A stretch of 60,851 bases of DNA, the filler included, from Sphacelaria rigidula (taxonomy: Eukaryota): assembly GCA_964200075.2 (NCBI GenBank). It is 6 parts of 6 records of this genome, joined end to end, with 100 filler letters (N's around TTAATTAATTAA, not from the genome) between each part and the next. Parts side by side here need not be neighbours in the genome. Positions count along the whole stretch, not along the records: positions 10,161 to 20,220 come from CAXNAA020007230.1; positions 20,321 to 30,378 come from CAXNAA020007231.1; 4 more parts are not named here. One strand, given 5' to 3'. This document shows, one piece after another, positions 10,748 to 24,579 of the stretch. The translations under genes were made by a program, and so were the position numbers. Within the stretch, counting starts at the first letter, position 1. The number at the start of each line of letters is the position of its first letter. The notes under the pieces are model-generated. The model saw only the letters and a program-made list of their open reading frames with translations. It did not search any database and was not told the origin of the DNA.

Positions 10748-12477
10748 GAAGGACAACTTCGCCTTTCAATAGCGAGTACTCTTCATGTATCGAGTTGCAG
10801 AGAGTGAGGTCACACATGAACTTGGTTCGTTGTGTCTGAGGGTTTCAGCGGACAAGTCAAGGCGCAAAGAGAGGTTTTGATTTCAGAATGCGCACTATGT
10901 ATGCCTAGGTCGGCAGGGCCATAATTTTTCACGTGACTGTACACATATTCGTACATACTGAAAATAGCGAGAAAATGACGAATGTTGGGGTGGAGAACCA
11001 CAAAAGAGTGCCGAATAAAAATAAAATAAAATGGGCCTTCATTTATTTTTCAATAGAGGTGAGGGCGTTTTGGTGAAAAAATGGTCTTCACAGTAGAACG
11101 CCATAAGCCAGTGAATAATAGAAGAAAAAAAAACCCAACCCACTCTATTTTGTTGAAAATGCCTTGGAGAGCGCCCATACCAAATTATAATACACGAAGA
11201 CCAACCGTGGGTCGATTAGTGACCTGCGAAATACTGTTCCGAATCTCTACCGACCCGGTATTTGATAAGTCCCTGCTCTTTTATTCAAAAAGAGTTGGAC
11301 CCTGGAATTCGGTATGAAGTGCATAGGGCATAGGGCATAAAAAAAACCTTCGGTACCAAAAGGTCCATACCAAATTTCATAGTTCAACTCTAAATGTAAA
11401 CTTCGACTCCGCCACTAGGCTGGCCCAGTTCGTAGTTACCAAAATCGGCCTTCATCCTACCTATAACAACAGTAGGATGTGAAAGAGATGCGGGTAACGT
11501 GCCGTGCAAAAAGCCAAGGACTGTGTTCTAAGCTTGCAGTGCGACGTGAAAGGGTTTTTAAGGTGTAGTCTAGCTTTGTATTGCCTACACCGTGGGCGGG
11601 ACACAACTCGGTTGCCCACCGTACCACCCAGTTCCGTCGCGGACGCCCACATGACAGAAGATGCTCGAGGTTTTGCCAACGAAAATTCAAGGCAAACCCA
11701 ACTAAAATAGTGACAGTACATCCGTGTACACAACCCGTGCTCTGTGCTGCAGGATTAGGGTGGTAGCCGAGGATGAGTTGCGTGGGATGTGCATATTTTG
11801 TGAACAACAGGTGGTGTCTGGTATAGTGGTCTGTAGGGTATCAAGAAGTCAAGTATCCCTTCATGCCTTTCGACCGCATGTTTTCGATCGAGAAAGCTCG
11901 ACGTTCTAGTCATTTACTCCTTCTCCGCTGGCCACTAATTCAAAAAATGAGTTGCGGAACACCGAATGTACTGGAAGCCGTTCAAAATTCCTGTTCAATC
12001 CTGCATTCTAGGTCTTTCGTCATTTTACGCCTGGAAAAAGGGCTATGGGATGTTGACGCCGTGGAATGACTTGCATTTCCCGCTAGCCGCACTTTCATTT
12101 TCGGCTCAACACGGATTATCAACAAAAAGCGGTCAGGCGATAAAAAAAAACAGTGGGAAATCAAATATTTCATCACCTGGCTGGCCGTTTTCAGCTGAAA
12201 GCCCGTGTTTGGCCTCGGAAACAAAAGTGCGGCCAGCGGGAAAGGCAAAATCGCCCTAGGCGTAAATCGACGGAGAAGGGCCCAAAAAGCAGTTCTCGCC
12301 AGAATTTTTTGACGGCCCCTATTAGAGCTGGCCCCAGCCTTCAAGGAACAGAAATGCGGCGGAGTCATCAGGTTGAACACAATCGACCGCACTTTTTTTA
12401 TCGCGAAAATTTTTTGCAGACACGCCCTGACCCAACTCGCCACAAACGACCGAATTCGCTCGATAGGCAACATGTGC

Positions 12478-12585
12478 TCAACCTTCGGACCGCGGTGCGG
12501 GTAGTCGATCTGGATCATGCATACTTTCTCAGGTGAACATTGAAGGCAATTTTGCTGATGACTTACCCTCGCTGTCAAAGGGTAA
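12478..12585 (+). mobile_element. piggyBac-type ~100-bp MITE, decayed
   Basis: acctt...aaagggtaa ends and the internal gatcatgcatacttt motif shared with 16268-16377 and 37910-38014. Confidence 0.6.
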
Positions 12586-15500
12586 TAAATGGCAAACGTC
12601 CTCAGCAGTAGCCATGCGTTCAACACACACCCGGCGTGCACAGCCCGCAAAGAGAGACGCGCACAGGTACGTCTCCAAGCACTTGCGGAGTTGGCGAGCT
12701 TGAGACCATCGTCGGTGGACGAGGAATTTTCATTAGGGTGGCAGGAATCACCCCCAGGGTGCATGGATAACGTTGCACAGACGGTCGCACCGCGGAAGGT
12801 CTCTCGGAAGAGGGAGAGCAGCACCGGCAGCAGCTGCAGCGGCATCGGCACCAGCTCATTCTTCCCCACCTCCAAACTGTACACAACCGCTGGTAGTGCT
12901 GCTCCTCATGGGAAGGGGGGGGTCTGCATTTTTACCGTGCGACAGTGTCTATGCACCTTCCGCGTGACTGCAGCCCTTCTGGGAAACCTTGCTCGACGTG
13001 TTGTTACTACTGCTACTGTAGTACTGTAATGTTATAATTGCCATCCTATATTCTTCAGGCACCGAGTTCAAATACGGGTCGTTATGAAATAATCAAACTG
13101 AAATCGCCATTTTTTTCGCTCCTTGATTTTTGCCGGGGTTTTCCCTTGATACGTGCGTTACTCATACCCCATCTGCCACAGAGAGGTCCAACAAAATTGC
13201 ACTACTCGGTTAGTTGTGTCCGGGGCTGTTCTAGACTTCATTTCCCTCCGTTGGCTTGCTACAGCCCAGGACAGCAGGAGAAGCTGAAACAAAAAAGTGC
13301 AGTGTTAGAGCCAGTTTTATGGCAAGCACGAATCTCGATTTTTTCAAAATCGGGGAACGCACTTCATAGACACGGATTTGGACCAAATCGGGGACGAAAA
13401 CATAGAGGGTAAATCGTTCCGAGATAGTGACTTCCCCGATTTTTTTGAGGTGACATGCGTGCATGACGTACATTGCTAGAGTACGAGGCGTTTGATATTT
13501 TGGTATCGGCAGCACAAGACAGTCTCGAGACAGCACGTGCCGCCCCCAGCTGCTGAAGGAACTTTGCACGGGGTTTGACAAGCGGATAATAAGAGCTGAC
13601 GCCATACCCTACGGCGATAGAAATATTCGATACTGCGCTGCGCTGCCATATGTGTCACTACAACGAACGCTATTGCTCTCTCCTAGCTGTTGTCGCTGTG
13701 CTTGAAGGGTGATCTGCGGCACTGCACTATTGAACTCTGCTCACGCACTGTTTGTTTTCTGTTCTCGCAACATCGACTGTGCCATCATGTACTACCACAA
13801 GGCATTATCATGTACTGTACTGATTGAGTGTCCTGCACTCCGTTACCCTAGGTTATCAAGGTACGACACTGTACTCGAAATATTGTTTACCGCATGCCTG
13901 CTCTTCGGCTCCATGCACGAGTACGCAGTACCACCCTCATGCAAAACATGACCGTCTGTGTACGGAACCGTTTTACAAATGTGTGATACTGACTGTACCC
14001 TGTACCGTCTGTGCAATAAAACGATCTCCCCGATTTTTTCAAAATCGGGGTCCCAAAAATTCGAGATTCGGTTGCCATAAAAGTGGGTCTCATGTCCCGT
14101 GTGAAGAGAGCTTGGATGTCTCCAGCGTTGTACCGCAACAACTCTCCGTCGCGATCCTAACTACTACTGCATCTGTTTCGCAAGAAGATCTGCCAGCGCT
14201 GGCCAGCCACATAACTGTCATGCATGTTTGTATGGCCTCCACCAACGCGAGTCATCCAGAACAACAGCACGGCAGTTTACAAAAGGGGGCCAGCAGCATT
14301 GATGTGTATGGAGTCTTTTTCTCGGTTCATGTTCCGTCCGAGCGAGCAACATAAAACACCACACGACGACGACGGAGCCATCTTGAATCGTGCCCAGTAT
14401 CCAAGGCCGCGCAAATGCAGCAGCAAACTAAGCGTAAATGGAGACTGCAATACCAACCCCGGCCGCCGCAACCATACAGCGGGCATGGCGACACTCATGG
14501 CGAACGTTGGGTACCCTACCCAGTATGCCACTAGACAGAGCATCGCTCGTGAGAATGCCATCGTCTCAAATATAATCCTGCCTTCCCACGGTACTGCACC
14601 GCGGCTTCGGGCACCAGAAGACCGGCAAAACCATGTGTGAGGAACCTAGACCGAAATCAAAATTGTGTACTACTGTAAAATGTACTATGAAACGTGGAGA
14701 GACTGGTGAAGAAATAAACCCATGTACCCACTGCCGTTAGACACTTCTACTTCAAAATCATGGTCGTCATTTTTTGTTCACACTCCTCTCAGTCAGGAGG
14801 TTCTTGCCTCGTCAAGAGGTGCCTCAAACTCGTCGTCAATACAAAGTATAACGGTTTTTCACCGCATATTACGGTGAAACTTACCGGGATATCGAAAGTG
14901 AGATGCCTCAAATGAGTAGACAAAAACAGGCACCGTCACGCTGAACCTGCCCGCGTAATCGTTCGGCTACATTCGTGCTTTGTAGATAATAAAAAGACGG
15001 TCGAGGCAATCCCCCAAAACTTTACTACGCTGCTGTAACGCTGCCAACACTGCTGCGCCGCGATGGTCACGCGTCGCTGAATGTACTTGTCTTCGTAACA
15101 AGCCGAGTCCGCAAACCATCACTGACATCCCACATGACTTGTACCATTGTTCTAACTTCCCGAACTGACCGGGTCTTTCGCTCCCGATTAGTTCGTTCGA
15201 ACTCTGCTGCGAGGCGCTTGTACCCAAAGCTTCGACTTCGTCGCCACGGCGGCACCAGAGCGTAGGGTATGGTACAAAAGGCAAAGCGGTTCTACACTTC
15301 ACGGCGCGAATAGGCGGCAGAAGAAAACGACTCCGTTGGCAAGTAAAATGGACGGGGCTTGGGTTGGGGCCAAAGCGCAAAACGACCTTGACGGAAAAGA
15401 AAATAACTGGGCAGGCAAACACGACAGCTCTCGAGATCAGGCGCTGAACTCATGGGGAGTGCACAAAAGTCTTGTCCCGCGAGTTCGTGTTCGGATGGCC

Positions 15501-15829
15501 TCACGTACTCTCACCTGATACTAAGCTGGATATTCGGGCACGGTGGATACACGGTACAGGTGGGCCTCGTTTTTCTTCTGGACAGCGGGCGGACTGGCTT
15601 GTACTTGTGGGTTGCGCTTGTGTGCCGTGGAATGTGCGCGACCACCCAACCTTATTCGAGTCCAACATGTATGGAGGCGGGTTGCCGGTACGTTGGGAGT
15701 CCAACCACATATAAAACCGTTACAGCACAGTAGCCTTTACCGTTTTGACGCAGTTATTATACTGGGTACAGAGACTCGATTATGAAACCGACCGCACATT
15801 ATTACCGACCGGCAACCACCGTGGAGTAT

Positions 15830-15992
15830 GATATGCAAAGCACAGTATCGTACCGTATGACAACAGACTGTATAATAGTGTACCCGGCTTCACGAAGATA
15901 CAACCGTTATGAGATGTACAGCACAGCAGCACCGCACTACATGACAGCAGACTGTATTACAGTGTACGCGGCTTCACGAGGATACAGTCGTT
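15830..15992 (+). repeat. Two-copy ~83-bp tandem duplication
   Basis: atgaca-cagactgtat-a-agtgtac-cggcttcacga-gataca occurs twice. Confidence 0.75.
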
Positions 15993-16267
15993 GCATATCC
16001 TCTGCGCAGCCCGCGCTACACAGGCCGGTAGCTGGATCTGTAGAAGGTTGGCACAGAGCAGGGGTAGGTGTAGGTGCGGGTAGTACATTCCGGGCTGACC
16101 TAGCGAGTAACCATGAGCAGCACCAACTGTCCTTCTGCTGCACATAGCGCGATTAATCGCTCATGTACATCCTCGAAAACAAGAACCCTTCCACCGACTC
16201 GGCAGCTGGTGGCCGTACTTGCTTGTGCAGCTGCAAGGTCGTGGCCATTTTCGTCGCACACGGCTGC

Positions 16268-16377
16268 TTAACCCTTAGACTGCGAGATTAGTCTTCCTGG
16301 ATCATGCATACTTTTCTTCACTTACTTGAAATTGATGCCGATTCAACATAAGGCTAACCTCGCGGTGTAAGGGTTAA
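16268..16377 (+). mobile_element. piggyBac-type MITE with intact TTAA TSDs
   Basis: TTAA-cccttagactgcgag ... ctcgcggtgtaaggg-TTAA. Confidence 0.8.
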
Positions 16378-18085
16378 GCTGCAGCCGTCGTGCCAACACA
16401 GCTATAATAGAAGTATCCGTACACGGTGGGTGGTCTGCCGGGACGGCAAAACCGGCTCCTCGTCGAGATACATCACCCCGATAAAGGAGCAGAAGTGCGT
16501 CGGCGGCAGACGGTTGAGACTCGCCTTGGCGACCGCCTGCAGGAGGCGCTGGAGTAGGAGTTGGGTCGGCGCCGTTGGCAGGCGGTGTAGGTTCATTCGG
16601 GCCAGCGCTGGCGGGACGCGACCGAGGTGTGGTTGGGCAGGCGCCGGTGATAATAAGCTAAGACTCAATCGGTCGAGCGTCAGTGGGGGGCGGTCGAAAA
16701 GGGGTTGTTGTGCGGGCGCCGCTTGCAGACGGCGGCGACTCATTCAGACGAGCGCCGACGGGAGGTGATCGAGCGACTGCTGCGCGGCGTATCCCCTGTA
16801 GAGGCGATCAAGGCAGGCGCAGCGAAGCAGCAGCTTTAAATATACACTACTCTAAATGTCACCGTGAGGACACAACTCCGTAGTATTCGTGATGGAAATT
16901 ATGCCTTGGCAACGACAAGTGCGGGTGATGGGCTTGCAGCCGTTGCTGTAAGAATTGTCACTGTGGCCTCAAAGTCAAGTGCTGCCGACACGACAAGAGC
17001 ATCTGCCAGTTTTGCGAATGCCAAAGGTGGATCCGTCATGGATCATGTGCAATTTCCTCCCGTATCGCTGATCCCCGTTTTTCGGCGTCTGAGTGTTTCC
17101 GTTTGAATACATATATATGGAATATATCGGTGTTAGGTTTAGTTTAATTTCCAAGTGGAATATACGGCCGAAGGAGAGGGCGGTGGATACTTTACACACA
17201 TACCGAAAACTCTGAAAACAACCGTGGCAATGAATATTTCAGAATCGAAGCCAACTTTTACTTACCCAGAGGCCGTGTGCACAGGCGGGGAGGCGATCCG
17301 TCTGAGTTTTTCCGCAGGAGCGGCCGGAAACATTCCGGAATAATAACCGGGACTCCCTCAACCTCATGGCGGCAGTCCAGTTTCCACCACGAAAAAAAGT
17401 TGGGTTGCCGACGTACAAGAGAAAAATAGATCAATCGAAGTTTACCGCATTGCAGAAGCAATGCAGGATATGCAAGGGATCGTTCACGGCGGCAGATTTG
17501 GTCACTGCCAAATGTCTGATCCGGGTAAGACAACGGTGGGAAGAATTGGTCGGCAGTGTGCCATTGAGTGTTTTCAGCATGTAAGGTATATCATTTGGTA
17601 GGCCAGACGTTTGTTGGCATTGTTATTTTTGGATCAACGAAACTTCCCATGCCACCGCGCGATGTAGGGTTCTCCCAATCATCCTCGTGTAGCCGTCTTT
17701 TCATGCTCGTAATCTCACCGATAGCGGTGCTCACTTTGTCGATATTATGCTCCGGTTGTAATCGATTTGAAAACAATTGTGGTCGCTCTATGCTAGGTTG
17801 GTGCATGCGATGCTCGACACGAGCCGGGTCAGCCTAGAAGCGGAGTAGTTGTAGTTTGCGGGCCCATTTTCAGCTAAAATTTTGGAGTTGGACCTTAAAC
17901 CTTGGCACGGACAATGAAAGACTATGATAAAAAAACGTATGCATCGACCCAAAGCTTTTTGTTTTCCAGGAGTTAACGGCATTTTACTGAAACCTGATAC
18001 CTGACTATTGTTACCTTCAACTCCTCAAAAAAAGAAAACTTTTTGTAGACCATGCATACATTGTGTTTTCTGTTGCTCATTTGTT

Positions 18086-18330
18086 GTCCACACCAAAGTA
18101 TGAGGTCCAACTCTAAAAATTGAGCCAAGAATGATCCGTTCGAAAACCGGGCCGGTCTAAATCAGGGACAGTACTTTGCGGGCCACTAACCGCCCCAGGT
18201 TTGGTACTTGTATATTGGAAATTTTTGCAGGACCTCGCGAGGGCATAATAAGGCAGCAAGAGTGGGCCAGGTTGATTTTTTTCTCTGATCTAGGACGTTT
18301 GAGTACGGTATAAACCCTTTTTTCATGAGA
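18086..18330 (+). repeat. DNA-transposon-like terminus (gtccacaccaaa...ccaactc)
   Basis: Homologous to 21744-21960 (+), about 11200-11318 (-) and about 17860-17912 (-). Superfamily not determined. Confidence 0.5.
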
Positions 18331-19291
18331 ACGCCCTACTTTCTCTCTCTCCCTCTCTCTCTCAAGAAGAAAGTAAGGCTCTTTTTTCCCCCTTCAGCGC
18401 CTTTGCAATTCTCCGTGCTCAGTTTCAAGTCGCAGTTCGAGAGTCAAGAGCAATATTCATTTTTCCTCAGAACTCTACCAAAAAACGAGAGAAGAAACGA
18501 TGAAAAAATGAACAACCCTGTTTTTTTTATATTTAGCACTTGCGGTTCTCCAAAAAAGAAATCAAAGCACAACTCTCGAAAACTGAGACGCGATACCCAG
18601 ATTTAGTGTTTTTAGTGTCTCTTGTCATGAGGAAGGAAGATAGACAGGCGTTATTTGTTCCTTCAGACAGTTTTGGGGCAGGTTGGCTCACAGATCACTC
18701 GATCCAGCCATGGGAATGCTCCCAAAGTTCTGGGGAAGGTTAATGTACAGGCTGCGTTCTAGGGAAGATTGATGCACAGGCTGGTATATCCTAGCTGGGG
18801 AAGATTAGTGTGCAGGCTGACATGCCCTGGCCCCGAGGAGGCAAACGCCTTCTCGGGCCGAATTTAGATAGGTTGCGTCGCATGTACCCATGCATCCTCG
18901 CTCACTCTTGAGCTACCCTTCGAGTCGGACCATCTGCTCCCACTGTTTACCGTTGGTGAGAACAGTGTGCTGGGCGATCAAGAGGATAATCAGTGAGAGT
19001 TAAAAAGATATCGAGCCTTTGAGCTCCTTTTGTTTGTTGCTACTGTGACCAACAGTCACGTGAATCTGCACGTGTGCATTTGCAGCTTGCGTTACTCGGA
19101 CACCTGGTGCGTTTGCGCACCTACTCAAGCTTGCAGCACACTGATCATAGCTAGGAAGGTGTGGACCTTGTGTCTACCTCCATCTATACCCTACCGTCGG
19201 TGCCCTTTCGCCCCATCCTGATGCTGCCTCTGTGCGTGCTGTCGAACGACAAATTGCAGATCTTCGTCGCTACTTACGTTCCGCTGCAACT

Positions 19292-20220
19292 ATGGTCAAC
19301 GCTCCTGCACCTTCGACTTCTGCACCAGTCGCAGCCACCGCCCCATCCACCGCTGCCGACATCGACACGGACGCCGAGAGCAACCGTGTCACGCCCCCCG
19401 CTCCCCGCGCGGCGGCCCCCGCGGATTCCGCCACGGCGGATCACGGCCGCGCCCCTGCCACGGCCGCGTCGGCGACATCGGCCCTTTCGCCACCTGACCT
19501 ACTGCCTCAGACTTGGCTCCGGCGCCTGCCCCCGAGCCCCACACGGACGATCGCCCCCTGCTAGGCGTCGAGCATTGCCCGCTGGGCCTTCCGCCCCGGC
19601 TTTGGTTTCGTGGTACACGCTCGGACTAAGAACAAATCCTTACGGAGTACCATGCATTTCAACCGGACATGCCCCCTGCGCCACCCTCGCCCCGCCAAAC
19701 GGCGGACGACAACGCCCACCGTCGCCTTCATGACGACCTCACGGCGCAATTGACGCGCCAACGCCAGGCGGTCGCTTCGGCAACCACCCGTCAGCGGGCG
19801 GCCCAACGCACTCTCACTTAACGCCTTGCTGTGTTCGACCAGATGCGTGACTCCATTCGACGCGACGAATAACGCTTGCGTCAATGCGCCACAGCAACAG
19901 AGACTGCGACCACGGCTTTACGTTCCCTCGAACAGGAGCAGCACCTTCCGCTTCTGAGGACCACGCCAAGCGAGCCCGTGCTTGCATCCTCTGCCGCCAT
20001 TTCCGGCTCAACGGAAGAACGCCAGCCATCGCGCCTATACGCTGATGCCGCGGCTTCTATGGCTTCGCCTACGCGCACCTCGCCTGCCCCACCGCGGGTC
20101 CCTCGGGCTTCTGCGCCCCCTGCCCCCACCCCTGGGCTACACGTGGATAAGATATGTAAGAGGTTCTTGTGTAATGTATGGAAGAAACGTAATGAGCTAC
20201 GGAAAGAAAGTCATGAGCGC
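19292..20220 (+). pseudogene. Decayed non-LTR retrotransposon: Ala/Pro-rich ORF1-like region joined to an ORF2 C-terminal W-x-x-RN segment
   Basis: Interrupted frames MVNAPAPSTSAP... and ...LYADAAAS...; abrupt composition change near 20143 to DKICKRFLCNVWKKRNE, a motif typical of the end of LINE ORF2. Confidence 0.45.
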
Positions 20221-20320
20221 NNNNNNNNNNNNNNNNNNNNNNNNNNNNNNNNNNNNNNNNNNNNTTAATTAATTAANNNNNNNNNNNNNNNNNNNNNNNN
20301 NNNNNNNNNNNNNNNNNNNN
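20221..20320. other. Artificial contig linker
   Basis: N44-TTAATTAATTAA-N44. Confidence 0.98.
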
Positions 20321-20429
20321 AATTAAGTTTTAACTGGTAACTGTAACTGGTTGCACTTTTTTGCAACTAGTCAACTGGTTAGCCAAACCAGTTCACAACT
20401 CTGGGGATAATGGAATGAACAAAACGGTA

Positions 20430-20900
20430 CGAGCCTCGGCAGGGCGCACTTTTGACACACTGGACATACCCCACACGTATGGGGCCCAAGATGATCCTGT
20501 TTTTCGTTTTGCGCGCATCCCTCCCCTTCAAAGACCGGGCAGGGCCAGAGATATGTTGCCCACCCTGCACCACCCGAAGAAGTGATGATTGACTCGTAGG
20601 GTGGCATAGCAACATATGGGATGCGTACGTGCTTCCTTTTTACCTCAGAGGCGTGGCGTCGAGATAAACAGATTCGCATGATTTCCTGTGCAACTATCTG
20701 CGGAGCACATATAAAATAGGCATGGGTACAGGAGAACGGCAGCAGGAAGATGCCAGGCTCCAGCGCGTTGGCAACCTGATGCAGGGTTGGAAAATGTTTA
20801 CGATATATGGCGCCGAGATACCTTCCATGTGCAGCACGGCAGATCCGCACAAGTGGGGGCAATCTTACGTGTGCATAACCCGCAGCACCCCCGTACATGA
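20430..20900 (+). pseudogene. Possible hAT transposase C-terminal remnant
   Basis: Fragments RTFDTLDIPHTYG (compare LRLVDSDKPTMG), WHSNIWDAYVLPF and WKMFTIYGAEIPSM (compare WW..YG.E.P.L of the dimerization region) occur in the expected order, with stops and frameshifts. Confidence 0.35.
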
Positions 20901-22766
20901 AACATTCTCACCTCTGCTTCACCGCACACCTCACCTCAGGGTGACTTCCACTCCATTACGCGACGATACCCCGCTGCAGATTTTGCTCCGCAGAGTCCCT
21001 TCCATCGTCTCCGTCCGAATAAGAAGAGGTATCCATCGAGGTGCTCTCATCGGATTCCGAGTGTCAATCACTGGCCGATGCCGCGGCGCTACTGTCATCC
21101 CCAGACTCACTCCCATCCCCCAACTCTGTCTCTGACGCTTCAGTTACCCGAACGCATGGTGCTTCGATAGGTCCAGCGCATCGACCCTCGCATCCACATA
21201 GGATGGAACGCCAATCATTCCCCGCCCTGGCGCAAGTGCAGTTGCTAGGGCTGTGAACTTGTTCAGTTTGCACTGGCGATTAATCTGGAACTGAAGTTTA
21301 ACTGAAACTGGTGATGAAGACTCAATTTTATCCAGTTTATTTGAAGTTTGCTCTTACCGGCTATGTTCGTACCTATTTTAGTATCGTGAGTTTATAACAA
21401 AGATGCTTACATCATCACGAACAAAATAATGGTGGACTTGGAGACTGCACCTGACAGCAACACAAGTAGAGACAGTATTCGTGGTACGAGCTGGGCCAGC
21501 CTGGAAGCGCATTTGAAGTTTGCTGGCTCATCCGCAATTTAATACTTCGGGTTGGACTCGACAATTTTAGTATAATCAATAGGTTATAGTAAAGAAACTT
21601 ATGCATGGTGCAACACAATTTTTCATGACTTGACGGCATTTCACTGAAACCTGAAAACTGATTATTGCCTTTGACTCATGAAGAAAAAAACTTTTGAGTC
21701 CACGCACAACTTTTCTATTATGCCCTATTGCTAGTCCTGCTAGTCCACACCAAAATGTAGGGCCCAACTCCAAAAGTCGGTGAGAATTCGGAACAATATT
21801 TTGCAGACCACTTACCGGCCCACGTTCAGTGTTCGTGTATTGAAATGGTGGGTGGGACCTCGCTAGGGCACAATGAACCAAGAATAGTGGGCAGTTTTTT
21901 TTCTCTTCACTGGTTCAGGGCATTTTAGCATGTTGACGACCATTCTTTTTAGGACGCCCGAACCTCTCCCCCCCCAAAAAAAATCAAGGCCTATATATGT
22001 ATGTGTTCAGCGTATCTTATCCCTGCCTGCTTCCAGCCTTGGCTTGTTTACGTCCTCTCCCGTTTCGAATTGCTCAAAGCTTTGAATGGGATTTGAATGT
22101 CTCTGAAACTTTTAGCTCCTCAGTGTGAGGGGTCATATTTTCTACAATTTTCCACATTTGTGAAGGAAAAACAAGCCAAATAACGCATTTTTTTTGCCTC
22201 CGGCGGCACTTCCGCGGACCCCCCCCCATCAGCCGGGGGGGGGGGCGTTTGCGGCTCACGACTTCGCCGCTCGCCGCCAATGTCTTTTTGGTCCAGAATA
22301 GATGCGATGACAACATACACACGCATAGTGAAAAGCAACCTCGAGGAACTTCACCACTTCATCCTCGCCTACTATCAGCAATCCGCCTCCGCACTTCGAG
22401 AGTGGCTTCGGGAACATGGCCTTCCAACAGCGCATTCCACGTTGCCACGAAATACAACCCGTGGAAACGGGGCAGGAAATCACACCCTCTCAGCACGTAT
22501 ACCAGGATGAACAGGGCGACCCTCATGCCGGGAGTTGCATCACCCCATGCGCTGCAACCCTCTCACGCGCTGTGCGTGCCTTCGTGGAGATCGACGGTGG
22601 CTTGATGGACACGATTGACGTGCAGATACTCGGGGCCGTCCGATGTCCGTCGGCGCAGGGTTACTTCCGTCCCATCATGGCCTGCTCCGGCGATCTTGTT
22701 TGTCGCCATGACCAGCAAGACGATCTCCAGCATGTCCGTGTCAACTGTGGAGAAGGAAAGAGTGTA

Positions 22767-23230
22767 GTACACACCAGTGCAGCGCAGTATACACTGGCAC
22801 AGGGCATTACACAACAAAACACCGGTCGGAAGAGTCCAGTACACGCCAGTGCAGCGCAATACACACTAGCACAGGGCACTCCACAACAATACACCGGTCG
22901 GGACCAGGCCGGACAGCTTGAAGTACAGTGCAGTACAGTACAGTACAGTGTAGTACAATGTAGTACAATGGAGTGTGGTAAAGTCAAGTAAAGTCCGGTT
23001 CGGTACAGTACAGCGCAGTACAGCATATGTCACATGGCAGCAACGATGTCTTGTGTCTTGCGTGTTATCACGTCACACGCCCGAATGCACCACACGCGAC
23101 GGTACAAAGTACACGAGGGTGTACAGTGGAGTACAGTACGGTACCGTACACGCCGGCACCGTGCAGCACAACAGGACACCGCTGTGGACAGTACAGAATT
23201 CGCACTACAGCCAAGTATTCGAGAAGACAG
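22767..23230 (+). repeat. 72-bp tandem duplication followed by a (GTACA)n-rich low-complexity tract
   Basis: gtacac-ccagtgcagcgca...acaccggtcgg at 22767 and 22839, followed by agtacagtacagtacag arrays. Confidence 0.8.
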
Positions 23231-24579
23231 CACACAACAGCAGATGGCAGTAACAATGTATTTTGTGTTGTTCCCTCACTGCACGCCGTACTAAACTGCA
23301 GGCAATAGTATACAGTGCAGGATTGCACTGGAGACCACGGCACAGTCACACATGGGAGCAGGGGGTTCAGCACATCACAGACTAGCATACTATTCATGTG
23401 GAGTTTGTAGTTTCGAAGGCGTCGCAATTGGCTTCGCCTGGCATGCATGCACACAGTCGTGTCGTGGTACTTGCTCGTTAGAGCAAGCACCCTAATTCTC
23501 TTCACGCGGACCGCATGCAAAATGCACTAGCCGACATGCATCCTTTTGGCTGGGGGACGTCAGCGAGGTCGCCACCTACCGGCGTTGCATCGTGCGCACG
23601 GTGCACCAAGGAAGAGTCACTATTCATACCACCTCATGCAGGAAATCACACCTTTCCAGCCAGAGATCCGCACCGGCGATCCCGCCTTGGACAAAGCTTG
23701 CCACCGGTGCTGCGCGATCGACCGGTAATCCTCCGTCGGGGGCCCGCCGCTCGTGTGACCTGTGTCTTCTTCGTAGCTGACATCAGCTGAATCGTTATCA
23801 AAGGAGTATTCCATGCGGGAATTATTCCGGTATTTGCTTTTTTTTTGGCGCAGGACTGTATCAATCACTGCATTTTTCGCAAAACACCTACGTCTACCGT
23901 GGTCTGCAAAAGAAGCACGGTATATGCCCCCTCCACACTCGACATGGCATGGCATTTCTGACCAATGATGGCCATTTCATCTCCTGAAAGTAGTTCGTTG
24001 CAGCACTTGTGAAGTAAAGACAGTACCACACATGGAGGTCCCGAGCTCTTGCAGTTGTGGTCCAAAGGATTAGAAGTTAAGAATGCTGCACTATGCGGCA
24101 AAATCCGACAGACAGAGCGATATGCAGTGTACATAATTTTTCTTTCTTCAAACTACTATAAAACCAAGACAAATGGTTCGACAAGGTTTCCTCCATGACA
24201 AGTACTATTTGTGATTTCAAAGACACTTGCACAACACAGCGGCCGCAAACATATCTTGCAACCGTCACCATCATATCGTTTATTGTGATGGGGTGGTCAT
24301 CAGCGATCTTGCCAGGCCCACGTAGGTTGACTTTTGCGATGAATCAACTTCAACTTACAGTACGCGATGCCCTCGACCGTCGTTTTTTTTTTTTTTCTGT
24401 GGCCACTCGCCCAGGGGTTGGTTACCTCAGCCATTTCGAGCTGTTATACTTGAATAATCAAACTTCCAAAACTGAAACGTTGGCATTGGAAGGTGTTCAC
24501 GCGTCGGATAGATCTGCTCAATGGAGCTCGAGCTAGCTCCTTTTCGGCGTAGCTCCCCACTAAGCTATGGAAGCTATTT

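Noticed and set aside
11982..13029. 300-aa minus-strand ORF and overlapping 146-aa plus-strand ORF
   Set aside because: They run through or next to MITE sequence; no recognisable domain or consistent exon chain.
15067..15255. FGYKRLAAEF, resembling an IS3-type helix-turn-helix
   Set aside because: Single short motif with no adjoining DDE core.
16900..17050. Cys-rich frame (CSRCCKNCHC...CQFCEC)
   Set aside because: Interrupted by stops and explained as the shifted frame of Ala-codon (GCN)-rich sequence.
18622..19148. Possible solo LTR (TG...CA, with three ~30-bp internal repeats)
   Set aside because: No TSD, primer-binding site or second copy visible; cannot be supported.
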